Numbered from the stretch's first letter, positions 27,223-36,963 are shown. The stretch is 59,756 bases of DNA from an uncultured bacterium (GCA_903839725.1 CAIMDG010000001.1:173559-233314), one strand, 5' to 3'. Translations and numbers: made by a program. The notes: generated from the letters alone by a model not told the origin.

Positions 27223-29119
27223 GGTCTACTTTCTTGCCATCAATGCTTATATGTTCCTTTTGCCGATATACTTTTGGCAGTTTGTCTTCGTATGTGAGGA
27301 TGTCCCAATCTATTGATTCCATAATGCTCACATAACCAATTCCCTTAGCGATAAATCGCATACTTCGTCTTCGAAATTTCGGAATCTTAATCGCTTTTAT
27401 CTGCATCTCAAATGGGTACACAAGAGCTGGACCGTCACCTCCGACAGCCGCTTCACCGATCATCGTGGTACCGACACTTGATGGGCTTGTTCTGTTTACA
27501 TAGGTTGCATCGCCCCGAATAGTGCCGACGAGTGCATATCCAGTTCCATCAAAATTTGCATAAACCTCGACATACTGAGCAGAATCTATTTGTCCTCGAT
27601 ATCTGAGTCTGCGATATTTCTTCAGCCGATTCACTCCGTAGCTTTCATCTTTACTATCCCAATTATTTTGAAGTACATATCCATCATCATCAAAACCGTT
27701 TAAGATTTTATAAATTGTTTCAGTATATGGACTGCCGCCATAAAGAACGCCCGAATCTTTTGCGAGTGATTTCATTCCGAAGTTGGTTATATCGACAGTA
27801 TCTTTTACGATATCAATAATGAGCATGCGATCGTTCACAAGGCTTCCAACAGATCGGCAAGACAACACAACGAACTGCCCGTAAGTTTCCATGACAGTAT
27901 CTGAGTAGTCGAATTTTTCCCATGCAAAATGTGAGATAAGCTCAGTCGCAAGAATATCATCGCCGAGTGGGTTCTTTTCTAGGACGGTGAGTTGTGGTCG
28001 GTCAGGGTTGGCTGTATTTATAAAGACAACACCTCGACCTGTTGTGACTGCACTTTTTCTTGTAAAGACTCCGATATTTCGGCGAACAACTTGGTTATTG
28101 AATGTTGTGTCATCATCGCTGTATTTGTGCTGATAGGCACTTTGCTTTTTGAGTGAATAATAATTTCCATCAATACCAATAACGAGCTGTTGAATTGCAT
28201 CGCCGCCTTCATCTTGTCGGATCACATCACCTTCGCCTGCAACTCGAGGTGAGCTGTATGTAAAATCTGCGACACCTTTGCTTGTACTATCCTGCCAGAC
28301 ATAGTCTGCTTTGATGTTGCTTGAAAGATTTGATGGAATGGTCGTGAATGTTACAGTCCATGCTCCAGTAATATAATTAATGGTACCGATGCCACCTGCA
28401 CTTCCTTTTAGATTTCCATTTTTATCGTCTGAAAATATTTCACCGCCGCCGTCCGTACATTTTATAGTCACAAGTGCGCAGTCTGCTTTTGGATATGTAA
28501 CCTTAAATGAAAGCACTCCACTGAAAATAACTTGCGATCCATTTCCGCTTGATAAGATTTCATTTGATATTTGAGTAAAACTTACCGCCGCACGTTGAAC
28601 GTCAATTCGACTGCGGTAGAGACTTGTCGGGTCTTTTTGAATTCCCCACATGTACATTCGAGCCTTATCAACCAGTGGGTATCCTGTATAAAAATCAGTT
28701 GAAGTGTAAAGCTGTATATAGTTTCCTGGATTGGCATTCGCAAACTTAAATAATCCGCTTGGACCGCCCGCAAAAGTATAGGCACCAGTTAGTGAGCTGT
28801 AATTCGCAAAGACATAGATATCACTTGCGTTGAGTCCAGTGACAACATCAACCCATGTCGAGCCGTTGTAATACTGAATCTTCGTACTTATTTTTCTCCA
28901 AAGAATTGCAATACCACTTACTTTGTATCCGATATGAATTGCTGGGCATGAACCTGCCGCACCTTCCACGCCTACTGTCACCTTTCCACGAGCAAGTTCA
29001 ACATGACCGTCAATCGTCACCCAATTCAATGAGTCCTTTGAACTATCTTTAGGTGTATCTTCAGCATCGTTTCGATTGTGAACACCTGATATGAATTGTG
29101 ATATTTCATGGTCTGCCAT
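27218..29119 (-). CDS. Phage tail structural protein (tail-tubular-B-like by position)
   Basis: 633-aa ORF two genes downstream of the capsid gene. Assignment rests on podovirus gene order only. Ends in a TGA stop. Confidence 0.4.
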   Translation of the reverse strand: MADHEISQFISGVHNRNDAEDTPKDSSKDSLNWVTIDGHVELARGKVTVGVEGAAGSCPAIHIGYKVSGIAILWRKISTKIQYYNGSTWVDVVTGLNASDIYVFANYSSLTGAYTFAGGPSGLFKFANANPGNYIQLYTSTDFYTGYPLVDKARMYMWGIQKDPTSLYRSRIDVQRAAVSFTQISNEILSSGNGSQVIFSGVLSFKVTYPKADCALVTIKCTDGGGEIFSDDKNGNLKGSAGGIGTINYITGAWTVTFTTIPSNLSSNIKADYVWQDSTSKGVADFTYSSPRVAGEGDVIRQDEGGDAIQQLVIGIDGNYYSLKKQSAYQHKYSDDDTTFNNQVVRRNIGVFTRKSAVTTGRGVVFINTANPDRPQLTVLEKNPLGDDILATELISHFAWEKFDYSDTVMETYGQFVVLSCRSVGSLVNDRMLIIDIVKDTVDITNFGMKSLAKDSGVLYGGSPYTETIYKILNGFDDDGYVLQNNWDSKDESYGVNRLKKYRRLRYRGQIDSAQYVEVYANFDGTGYALVGTIRGDATYVNRTSPSSVGTTMIGEAAVGGDGPALVYPFEMQIKAIKIPKFRRRSMRFIAKGIGYVSIMESIDWDILTYEDKLPKVYRQKEHISIDGKKVDQ

Positions 29120-29121
29120 AT

Positions 29122-29751
29122 TTATACGAGTTTAAATCTAGCGTCACGAAGTTTGAGATTTTTCATGTAGCGTTGATATTGGATTGCATTGTCCTGCATG
29201 TTACTGCGAGCCTTTTCTGACTTCTTGATAATTTCTTCATCGATAAGCATGCCGAAGACAACCATTGGATGGTATTCGGGTGGAAGAGCCGGTGATGTGC
29301 CGACAGCAATATCGTCAGGACTTGTTTTGTAATCGTATTCGTAAGGAGTACCTGCACCAGGACTTTGCACGAAGTTAATTTTTCCGTCAGTCGGATCCAC
29401 CCAGCAGACATTGCTATATTGATTTGCATTTCGCTGTCCCATCGGGACCACAAAATACGGACTCTTTTGACTACCGATAAAAATTACCTTAAGCAGAGGC
29501 TCGCTTATTGTTGGGTCTTCGCTATAGTTTTCCATGAGCTCATCAAAGTCTGTTGGTGGAGTGATTTTTCCATCACTTCCAACGACTCCAGTCTTTTTTC
29601 TTCGAAGAAATTCCCACGGCTGTTCCATGTATATGAGTCTTAGTTTGTCGTTGGCGACAATAAGTTCCTCATCGCTTGATAGATCAGTTGTATCGTCTGT
29701 ATAGAGTTCGAATCTATCAATTATTTGTTGTCCTGTAAGTGGTGTTGCCAT
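29122..29751 (-). CDS. Phage head-tail adaptor / tail-tubular-A-like protein (by position)
   Basis: 209-aa ORF directly after the capsid gene and its stem-loop. Confidence 0.35.
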   Translation of the reverse strand: MATPLTGQQIIDRFELYTDDTTDLSSDEELIVANDKLRLIYMEQPWEFLRRKKTGVVGSDGKITPPTDFDELMENYSEDPTISEPLLKVIFIGSQKSPYFVVPMGQRNANQYSNVCWVDPTDGKINFVQSPGAGTPYEYDYKTSPDDIAVGTSPALPPEYHPMVVFGMLIDEEIIKKSEKARSNMQDNAIQYQRYMKNLKLRDARFKLV

Positions 29752-29765
29752 AAATTTATTTATTT

Positions 29766-29813
29766 CTCAGTGGTGGAAACAGCCCAGTTGCAAGTACTGT
29801 TTCCACCACTGAG
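29766..29813 (-). terminator. Perfect 17-bp stem-loop after the major capsid gene
   Basis: Stem ctcagtggtggaaacag / ctgtttccaccactgag with a 14-nt loop, 30 nt after the capsid stop. No clean T run follows. Confidence 0.6.
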
Positions 29814-29843
29814 CCCGAGCCAATGCTCAGGTCAGTGGAGTCA

Positions 29844-31040
29844 TTAAGACTGGAGCTGGACGTCGAGGAACTGAGGCTTTCCATCGGAGAATGTCTTGAT
29901 TCCGTAGATTGCATCAGCACGAACAATCTTTGCTCGCTGATATGGGTCGTCGACCATTTCCATTTCGGCAAGGTCTTGGATAACCACATCGATTGCCCCT
30001 TTCTTGCCGTAGTAGGCGTGAACGAGGTTTTTGGTAACCGTATAAGTTGCGTTACCACCGAATACAAGTCGGCCAGAGCCTGTACCTGTAATCGTGATCG
30101 TGTCTGCTGTGTCATCATCGACACCTGCAATCTGGAGATCAACCCAGTTTGACTGATCGTAGTTTGGATCAGCGTCTGTCCAAGGCACATACTTGGTGAC
30201 AGCGGTATCCTGATGGAATGCGCTGATCAAGTTGTCACGAGTTGCATCTACACCCGCTTCAATCAGCACGTTACCTGGAGTTGTGCCGAGTGATGTAACG
30301 AAAGTGTAAATGTAACCATTGAGAGAAAATGTCTGACCGTTCGTTGGGTTTGACGCCATCGTGATCACAGCTTCTCCGAGAAGATTCTCTGACAAATATA
30401 GATCTGCACCTCCGACTGGACCGGCATATCCGTTCTTGAATGCCGCAGCAGCAAGGTCGATGTTTTTAGACATGACATACTGCTCGATTACTGAGCCACC
30501 ATAACTGTCGAGAACCAATGCAAGACTTGTGAGATCTTGATTTCCACGACGCAATTTCGCACGACCCTGTGAAAGAAGTTGAGGCACATTTGTGGTCGAC
30601 AATGTGACCGGTGTACCACTTGAACTCATTGTGGTAAGGTCTCCCGCATCAAACTTCTGCAGAGCGTTCTTCACTTCAGCGAAGACATCGGCATCGATAT
30701 AACGAGAGAGTTTCTTGGCTACTTCAGCACCGATTGTCTCGGCTGGATTCAGTGGGCCTGCCTGAATCATTTCCTTCTTGGAGATACGGAAGTCTGAACC
30801 CTTGTTCTTGTTTACGAGCAAGGTTTCGCCCGAGTCATTGAGCTGGTCAATGGTTCGGTTTACACCCATCGTGATGTTACGAACACGAATTGGTGCAAGT
30901 GCGTACTTCACACGCTTTACGGAAGCACCATAAGTGAGTTGCTTCTCAAGTCGTGTGTTGGCGATCTCCATCGCCACGAGCACTTTGTCGAACACTGCCT
31001 GATAGGCATTGTCGAACTGTTCTTTAAATACTTGAATCAT
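29844..31040 (-). CDS. Major capsid protein candidate with an inserted domain
   Basis: 398 aa. Follows the scaffold-like gene and precedes the strong stem-loop. The insert at aa 224-335 resembles the N-terminus of the 696-aa fibre. Confidence 0.6.
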   Translation of the reverse strand: MIQVFKEQFDNAYQAVFDKVLVAMEIANTRLEKQLTYGASVKRVKYALAPIRVRNITMGVNRTIDQLNDSGETLLVNKNKGSDFRISKKEMIQAGPLNPAETIGAEVAKKLSRYIDADVFAEVKNALQKFDAGDLTTMSSSGTPVTLSTTNVPQLLSQGRAKLRRGNQDLTSLALVLDSYGGSVIEQYVMSKNIDLAAAAFKNGYAGPVGGADLYLSENLLGEAVITMASNPTNGQTFSLNGYIYTFVTSLGTTPGNVLIEAGVDATRDNLISAFHQDTAVTKYVPWTDADPNYDQSNWVDLQIAGVDDDTADTITITGTGSGRLVFGGNATYTVTKNLVHAYYGKKGAIDVVIQDLAEMEMVDDPYQRAKIVRADAIYGIKTFSDGKPQFLDVQLQS

Positions 31041-31082
31041 AATAATAGGTAAAATTATGCGAATAAATTTACCCTTTCAGAT

Positions 31083-32000
31083 TTAGGAATTCTTGCGATG
31101 ACGTGAGCGGTGTGTAAGTCGGTCAATCAAGCCTTCTTGATACTTACCGAATTCCTGTCCGCCTTTCTCACGAGACTGAGCAATACGCTTATGATCTTCC
31201 TCGGTTGGAGCCTTATAATCTGGTTCCTTTGGATGATTACCGCCCTGTGAGCTATAACCCTCCATTCCGCCACCGCTTTTGGCTACGTCACCATAGAGTT
31301 CCTCGAGAATGTCTTCCATCGTGCGTTTGAGGTTGTCCTCGCTCGACATAATGTACTTTCTCACAGCTTCTTTTTTGGCGACTTTTTCTAAATCAGGATT
31401 TTCAGTAATCACACGATCAAACTCTTTCGAGATTGCTGTTGTGATTTGAGCGTTGCTTATCTGTTTTGACTGAGCTTCTGTCTTCGACTTGATATCCTTA
31501 ATGTCTGAAAGGTACTCATCCTCGAATTGCTTCTTGGATTTGTTAAGAAGGACGTTAGCGAGCTTATGAACAAATTTCGGCTCGAGTTTCCATTCTTCGG
31601 CGAGTGAGTCGAGTTCGTCTTTAGCGTCCCCGACACTTGAACTACCACTCTTGATTTGCTGTTGCAGTTCTCGAATAGTAGGGATGACCTCGTCACGAAT
31701 CATCTTTTTCATTTCTCGGTTCTCTTTCTTCAGATCAACGATGAGATTGTCCTTCTCATCACCCTCCTTGGGTTTGTTGTCCTTGGAATCACCTTCCGCT
31801 CCTGCAACCTGTCCAATCGATTGACCATTTGTAGGGTTGGTATCTTTTCCGTTGCCCTTGTTATCGGACTTCGAATCCCCTGCACCGTTTCCTGATGAAT
31901 CATCAGTGGGTAGTGGTGCGCCCTTTCCTTTTGGTTCTGGCATAACGTTTTTATTTCGATGGTTTCGCCCCATCGATGCTCTGATGTGTACGCCGAGCAT
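31083..32000 (-). CDS. Scaffolding protein candidate
   Basis: Highly charged and coiled-coil rich, directly upstream of the capsid gene. The track start at 32090 lies inside junction motif B, so an internal Met (32000, 31973 or 31943) is more likely. Confidence 0.5.
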   Translation of the reverse strand: MLGVHIRASMGRNHRNKNVMPEPKGKGAPLPTDDSSGNGAGDSKSDNKGNGKDTNPTNGQSIGQVAGAEGDSKDNKPKEGDEKDNLIVDLKKENREMKKMIRDEVIPTIRELQQQIKSGSSSVGDAKDELDSLAEEWKLEPKFVHKLANVLLNKSKKQFEDEYLSDIKDIKSKTEAQSKQISNAQITTAISKEFDRVITENPDLEKVAKKEAVRKYIMSSEDNLKRTMEDILEELYGDVAKSGGGMEGYSSQGGNHPKEPDYKAPTEEDHKRIAQSREKGGQEFGKYQEGLIDRLTHRSRHRKNS

Positions 32001-32060
32001 TCGCGCAATTAACCTTTTAATAAAAGAGGTTGGCCCCTCTATGCATATAAGTGTAGAAGT

Positions 32061-32091
32061 AAAAAAACGCGCGTAAGACCACGGATTCATT
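32061..32091 (-). promoter_or_regulatory. Phage late-junction motif, copy B
   Basis: Minus strand reads AATGAATCCGTGGTCTTA CGCGCG T7 ... TACACT. Confidence 0.6.
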
Positions 32092-32128
32092 TATCAAAAA
32101 ATCACCGGAATTCCCGGTGATTTTCTTG

Positions 32129-32512
32129 CTACTTTGCCAATTCGCCAGTGGCACTTGGTCGCTTGCGAGATAATTCGGACAGTAGTGTGTCGAGGTCATC
32201 TTCAGCGCCAGTAAAACGTCTAGTCATCTGTATAGCCGCTTCAAATCTTGCGACTGCAGATATAAGTTTTCCAAGTTCAGGATTTTCATGGAGTACAGAG
32301 AATAATTCGTTCAACGATTTACGAGCTTCATTGCGAAGACGATTGATTGTGTCCTGACCTGCAGGAGTTCTTGCCCATGAGACCATGTCCTGTGAGACAT
32401 CAATCGCATTGTTGAGCTCAGTTATCTCCTCATTATTCGTTTCTTTCTGATCTGATTCGCTCAATGATTCGTGCGGACCAGTTAGAATTGGCTTTTCTTC
32501 TTTTTCACTCAT
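32129..32512 (-). CDS. Phage hypothetical protein (acidic, helical)
   Basis: 127-aa ORF. Its start overlaps the upstream gene's stop by 4 nt. Confidence 0.55.
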   Translation of the reverse strand: MSEKEEKPILTGPHESLSESDQKETNNEEITELNNAIDVSQDMVSWARTPAGQDTINRLRNEARKSLNELFSVLHENPELGKLISAVARFEAAIQMTRRFTGAEDDLDTLLSELSRKRPSATGELAK

Positions 32513-32883
32513 AGGCTTAGTTGTTTACGGACTTCCTTGTCCTCACTGATAATCATGTGAAGAATCTTCTTTGACTCTTTTTCCTGATCCTTGAATTGCC
32601 GTGCTTTATTTTCTTGAACGGACAGCATCGTAAGAACAAATCTTTTTTTAGGTGATAGCTTTCTTATGTATGCCATGAGTTCAGGATTCGCTCGACGAAT
32701 ATTTTCTGCTAGTGCTTCTTGGAGCTTGGCATTCGCCTCCATTTCTTTTGCCTGCTTTTTCACCTGCTCAATATTTCTATTAAGTTCACGTAGAGAAAAC
32801 TCAGCGACCTGACCATGCTTTATGATCCTGTAGTCGCCCTTATCTTTTGCTTTCTTTTTTAATTTATAGGTGAATGTAAGCAT
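32509..32883 (-). CDS. Phage hypothetical protein (basic coiled coil)
   Basis: 124-aa ORF inside the head module. Confidence 0.55.
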   Translation of the reverse strand: MLTFTYKLKKKAKDKGDYRIIKHGQVAEFSLRELNRNIEQVKKQAKEMEANAKLQEALAENIRRANPELMAYIRKLSPKKRFVLTMLSVQENKARQFKDQEKESKKILHMIISEDKEVRKQLSL

Positions 32884-32889
32884 GACAAT

Positions 32890-33150
32890 TTAGACAGATG
32901 CAGATTCAGCAGTAGTATTTTCTGGTTCAGGTGCATTCTCAGGAGCTGACTCTGCTTCTTGAGTATTTACTTCTGCAGAAGCAGTCTCGTTGGCAGTTGG
33001 AGTACCACCGTTCACTTCATAATCCTCACGAGCTTGTCGCTCGGTTTCAAACTCTGGGCTTCTAAAGATTACAGAACCTTGTTCGTCGTAACGCTTCCAC
33101 ATCCACTTACCGTTATTTTCTACAAACTTAACATTATTTGATTCAGACAT
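32890..33150 (-). CDS. Small phage protein, YegP/DUF1508-like N-terminus with acidic tail
   Basis: VKFVENNGKWMWKRYDEQGSVIFRSPEFETERQAREDYE fits the YegP-like pattern by eye. Confidence 0.4.
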   Translation of the reverse strand: MSESNNVKFVENNGKWMWKRYDEQGSVIFRSPEFETERQAREDYEVNGGTPTANETASAEVNTQEAESAPENAPEPENTTAESASV

Positions 33151-33182
33151 ATTTTTAATTTAATTAATTTTATAATTCCGAT

Positions 33183-35195
33183 TTACTTCATTGCCATTGC
33201 AGGAGCACCTGGAGTGGCGATAGGAGCATTACCGGTTGCATTCGGATCAGCATTTTGAGGTGTGGCTGTATCGACCATGCCACCGCCTCCACTGATCAGA
33301 CCTGCTTTTGCCGCCTGACCCACTACCGATCGTGCCGCATTCTTTTCAACGATAGGGGTCATTTGGTCGATGTAAGCAAAGACGGCGGCATGTTGTTCGG
33401 GAGTAAGTTCGTTGTCATATTTCTCAGAAAGGTCGACAAGTCTTTGTAGGAATCCAGTGTTTGCATCTTTGTATGTTGGAGCTTTTTCTCCGCCGAGAAT
33501 AATCTCGAACGCTTCGTCTGCCTGTGCCACAACTTCAACAGCATCATAGTCACTCGTATCAAGGAGGCGTTTGATAGTGTCATCATCAACTCCCGCAATT
33601 GATGCTTGAGTTTCAAACAATACCTTCTGATTTATATTTGGATCATCTTTGTACACGCCGAGGAATGTGAGTTTGTTTTTACTTTCGACAGCATTACTCT
33701 GTGCCTCAGCATTACTTGCTTCGACAAGAATGTCGTAGTCGTTATTGTATGGTTTCAAATCTCTAGCAGTGACCTGTTCAATTTCAAGACCCATGGGACC
33801 CATAATTTGAACTGCCATTTTTCTTTTCAAATCTTGCATCACGCCTTCTTTGTGCAAAACTGCAAAGCGATAGTATCCTTCCGCATAACTTTTATTTAAC
33901 AGACCAAAGCGATCGCTTGCTTGCTGAAGGTTTCCTTCATAAATTCCGAGCGTATCTGTTGAGCTTGTGCCTTTAACGTCAGCAGTGATACCGCTATCGC
34001 CCTCGACGATTGTCTCGAGCTTGTCGTACACCATGAACGGTCCTTGTATCGGAGGTGTCTGTCTCGTCTGTAGCACTTTACTGACATCCATGTTTCCTTC
34101 GATCTCAATGTATCCATCTCTGCGATATCGAACTTGCGCGAGGTTGCGAACATAATCAACATTGACTGCAGTTTGAGGACGATTGATTTGCTCTGAGTTG
34201 TCGAGTGATTGGTTGATACTCTTTTCTTGTGCCATGAAAATACCTCGGGCGTAGTCACAGTATGATGGTGTCCAAAATTCACGAGGGTCAGGGAATGACG
34301 CCCATGTCCAAATCGGATACTTCTCGCTTTTGCGAATATCCTTCCAAGGTTCACAACGAATACAGTCGCCGGATGGTGTAAGGACTAGATAATATCTATC
34401 ATCATTTTCGTCTGTTGTGATCCATGTATAGAAAATAAATTGATTCTCGTTCTTGAAACGTTCACGAGGCGCACCATTAATCTTTCGGTTATCTTTATCA
34501 ATATCCTGCTGAGTTTTCGTGCTTGTGTTGGGACCGCCATCAAGCAATTCTTGAACGACTGCTTTGTAGTAGATGCCATCTTTTACTCCCTTTGTAAGTT
34601 GAGCGCGAGTGAGCTTTGTATTCCACCATCCAAGGTATGCAGCTTTCTCTACTCCGCTTCCATCTTCTTCTTCAGTGCAAAGTCCACCCACATCTGGGTC
34701 AATGAGAAAGTCTTTCGGGTCAATGAGATTGAGTAAACTCTTATACTGACCTTTATCATTTCGTGTGAGGTACAAATATATTGCACGACCATAAATTGCA
34801 GCATCACGCTTTCCCATCAAATCTTTGAAATTCCATCGTCCAATCTTTGCATCCTTATCCCTGATGGAGTTCATCAGTTTAGCTTTCTTCAAGTCAGCTG
34901 ACTCCCCTTTTATATATTTGAATGTTAGAGGACTATCAATCTTTGAGAGAATCGTATGCACAAATCCGTGCATCTTAAAGAGAGGGACTTGAGCACGAGT
35001 ATCACCTTGCTGTTGCTGATAGGTACTACCTCCGTATGGCGACTTCACGTCAGAAGTTATACGATCGGGATTCATCATGTCCTCATTCATATTCCAAGAA
35101 GTCATGCGAGCTTTCTTGTAGCGATATGAATAATCGATTTCTTTCAGCGATTGTTCTGCCAGAGTGTCTCGGATTTTATAATGCGCAAGTGACAT
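33183..35195 (-). CDS. Portal protein candidate
   Basis: 670-aa ORF immediately downstream of the large terminase. Size and position are typical of a portal. Confidence 0.65.
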   Translation of the reverse strand: MSLAHYKIRDTLAEQSLKEIDYSYRYKKARMTSWNMNEDMMNPDRITSDVKSPYGGSTYQQQQGDTRAQVPLFKMHGFVHTILSKIDSPLTFKYIKGESADLKKAKLMNSIRDKDAKIGRWNFKDLMGKRDAAIYGRAIYLYLTRNDKGQYKSLLNLIDPKDFLIDPDVGGLCTEEEDGSGVEKAAYLGWWNTKLTRAQLTKGVKDGIYYKAVVQELLDGGPNTSTKTQQDIDKDNRKINGAPRERFKNENQFIFYTWITTDENDDRYYLVLTPSGDCIRCEPWKDIRKSEKYPIWTWASFPDPREFWTPSYCDYARGIFMAQEKSINQSLDNSEQINRPQTAVNVDYVRNLAQVRYRRDGYIEIEGNMDVSKVLQTRQTPPIQGPFMVYDKLETIVEGDSGITADVKGTSSTDTLGIYEGNLQQASDRFGLLNKSYAEGYYRFAVLHKEGVMQDLKRKMAVQIMGPMGLEIEQVTARDLKPYNNDYDILVEASNAEAQSNAVESKNKLTFLGVYKDDPNINQKVLFETQASIAGVDDDTIKRLLDTSDYDAVEVVAQADEAFEIILGGEKAPTYKDANTGFLQRLVDLSEKYDNELTPEQHAAVFAYIDQMTPIVEKNAARSVVGQAAKAGLISGGGGMVDTATPQNADPNATGNAPIATPGAPAMAMK

Positions 35196-35215
35196 AGTGT
35201 TTTAAGTATAGGAAT

Positions 35216-35246
35216 AAAAAAACGTGCGTAAGACCACGGATTCATT
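35216..35246 (-). promoter_or_regulatory. Phage late-junction motif, copy A
   Basis: Minus strand reads AATGAATCCGTGGTCTTA CGCACG T7 ... TATACT, then 9 nt, then the portal ATG. Confidence 0.6.
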
Positions 35247-35250
35247 TCGT

Positions 35251-36963
35251 TTAAATTCCGATGTATGGGTATTGCGGACCTTCTTCCACGAATTCTTCCT
35301 CGTATGCAGGCTTAACTTTGCCGTATGCAGTATTGATCATCGGCTCTGGTCGAATATCACGAGGTCTTTCAGTGCCTGCAGGTCGTGCAATGTCACTTTG
35401 ATATGCAGTTGCATCGCTTGTATCGTCATTTGATGAGTCAGGAAATCTCACAAGTTCGTTTTCTAGGTCTTTACATTCGCTTTTCAGGTGATAGATGCTT
35501 CGTGTTTCGTATCGGTAGAGCAATCCAGTGCGTATACGATCTTCTTTCGAACGTCCTTGATGTTTGAGCCACATCAATGGCAGAAATATCTGACGCATTC
35601 TTTGCTCATGCCGTAGCATTGGTTCAAGTCCTCGAGTGAATGCGGTATCTTCCCATCCAAACTTTACAGGTGGAGTTCCTGCTTGAATGAGGAATGTGTA
35701 AATGCCGAACATCTTTTCAATGATTCCTGTGGGACCGAGTTTTTCTCTCCACGCTTTCAAATGCCATTTACCTTCTCGGTCAGTCCAATTGATACAGATG
35801 CCGACATAGTCTCCGCTTTTACTTACTTCACCATCTTCTTTTCTACTTGGTGTATCAATCGTGACGTAAGCCGCAAGTTTCTTTTGCATCAATGCTTCCC
35901 ATTCAATCGGCATAAACCAGTCACGTTTGAATATTGCTTTTGATTCATCTATTGGCTGACAGAGCATCTCGGATTGAAAATCCATATCACCTTCTTCAGG
36001 AGTCCACATCGAACGTCTTTTTCCTTCAACGCTTACCTTGTTAGTTGCTTTCGCTTCTTCATCGGTCATGACCCATCGCTCTGGCCATGTCGGAGTATGC
36101 AGTCCTGTCATCAGTGTGCCTTGGCAAATCGGGACGACTCTCACTCGAAGTTCTGGATCTTGTTTGGCACGCTCTATAACACTCTGCACATTTCCGAATT
36201 CACTCAAGATGTTACCAAGATAAATTACTCGACGTCGTGCAGAGTCGAGACCTCTTTTAAATTCCTGCATGTGGGACCGAATCTGATTCGTTGATGTCTC
36301 ACTCTTGAGAGTCTTCTTGGTTTCAAAGTCATCAAGCAAAACAAATCCTGGACGCATTGCACCGTGGATACGACCTCGAACACTTTCTTGCGTGCTATGT
36401 GCTTCGACACGAATACCTTCCTTGATAATATTTCCATCGTCATCTCTCAAAGGATTTGTAACGAAGTCTTTTATTCTTTTTTGTGTTACTTCATCCTTGG
36501 TTCGTGCAGTATTATATTTCTCACCAAAGTCTTCAATGAATCTTTTATTTGTTTGAAGTTCCCACACAACATCAAAGAGAATACGTTCTGAGTTTGTGCT
36601 GTCGAACGCATCGGCATTTATGTATGGTTCGATGTCATATGCAATCATGTAAAGAATCAATCCTTTTGCAAAACTTGTCTTTGCGCTTTCACCAAACATA
36701 AACCATGCCACCTCTCTGATTTTTAAATCCAAGAGGTCATGCACGTCTGCCATCATGTCGTAGTGAAAGTCTGCAAACTCACAGCGAACATACCTCTGCA
36801 AATAATATGCAAGGAAATATCCGAAGTGTTCTTTAGCGTGATTCATACGCGCTTCCTTCCGTGATTCCCGAAGAGTCCTGAGACCCTCTGTTGTCACTGG
36901 CGGAAGTATTGTTGTTGGTTCTTGATTTATCATGGCGTTTGAACATTCCTTCATGTTCTTCAA
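35251..36963 (-). CDS. Terminase large subunit candidate
   Basis: 570-aa ORF between the small DNA-binding protein and the portal. Deviant P-loop-like FGESAKTS. The true start may be the ATG at 36846. Confidence 0.65.
   Translation of the reverse strand: MKNMKECSNAMINQEPTTILPPVTTEGLRTLRESRKEARMNHAKEHFGYFLAYYLQRYVRCEFADFHYDMMADVHDLLDLKIREVAWFMFGESAKTSFAKGLILYMIAYDIEPYINADAFDSTNSERILFDVVWELQTNKRFIEDFGEKYNTARTKDEVTQKRIKDFVTNPLRDDDGNIIKEGIRVEAHSTQESVRGRIHGAMRPGFVLLDDFETKKTLKSETSTNQIRSHMQEFKRGLDSARRRVIYLGNILSEFGNVQSVIERAKQDPELRVRVVPICQGTLMTGLHTPTWPERWVMTDEEAKATNKVSVEGKRRSMWTPEEGDMDFQSEMLCQPIDESKAIFKRDWFMPIEWEALMQKKLAAYVTIDTPSRKEDGEVSKSGDYVGICINWTDREGKWHLKAWREKLGPTGIIEKMFGIYTFLIQAGTPPVKFGWEDTAFTRGLEPMLRHEQRMRQIFLPLMWLKHQGRSKEDRIRTGLLYRYETRSIYHLKSECKDLENELVRFPDSSNDDTSDATAYQSDIARPAGTERPRDIRPEPMINTAYGKVKPAYEEEFVEEGPQYPYIGI

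Noticed and set aside
29756-30190. 144-aa ORF overlapping the capsid gene, and similar nested or antisense ORFs (e.g. 39862-40608, 33896-34354, 44359-44844, 18577-18802)
   Set aside because: These are shadow ORFs inside longer genes with recognisable motifs. Their composition is low-complexity or S/L/R-rich, and they lack independent signals.
31973-32090. N-terminal 30-50 residues of the 335-aa scaffold ORF (MNPWSYARFF...)
   Set aside because: The ATG at 32090 lies inside the conserved junction motif (AATGAATCC), and the first residues are not protein-like. This is probably an ORF-calling artefact; an internal Met was used.
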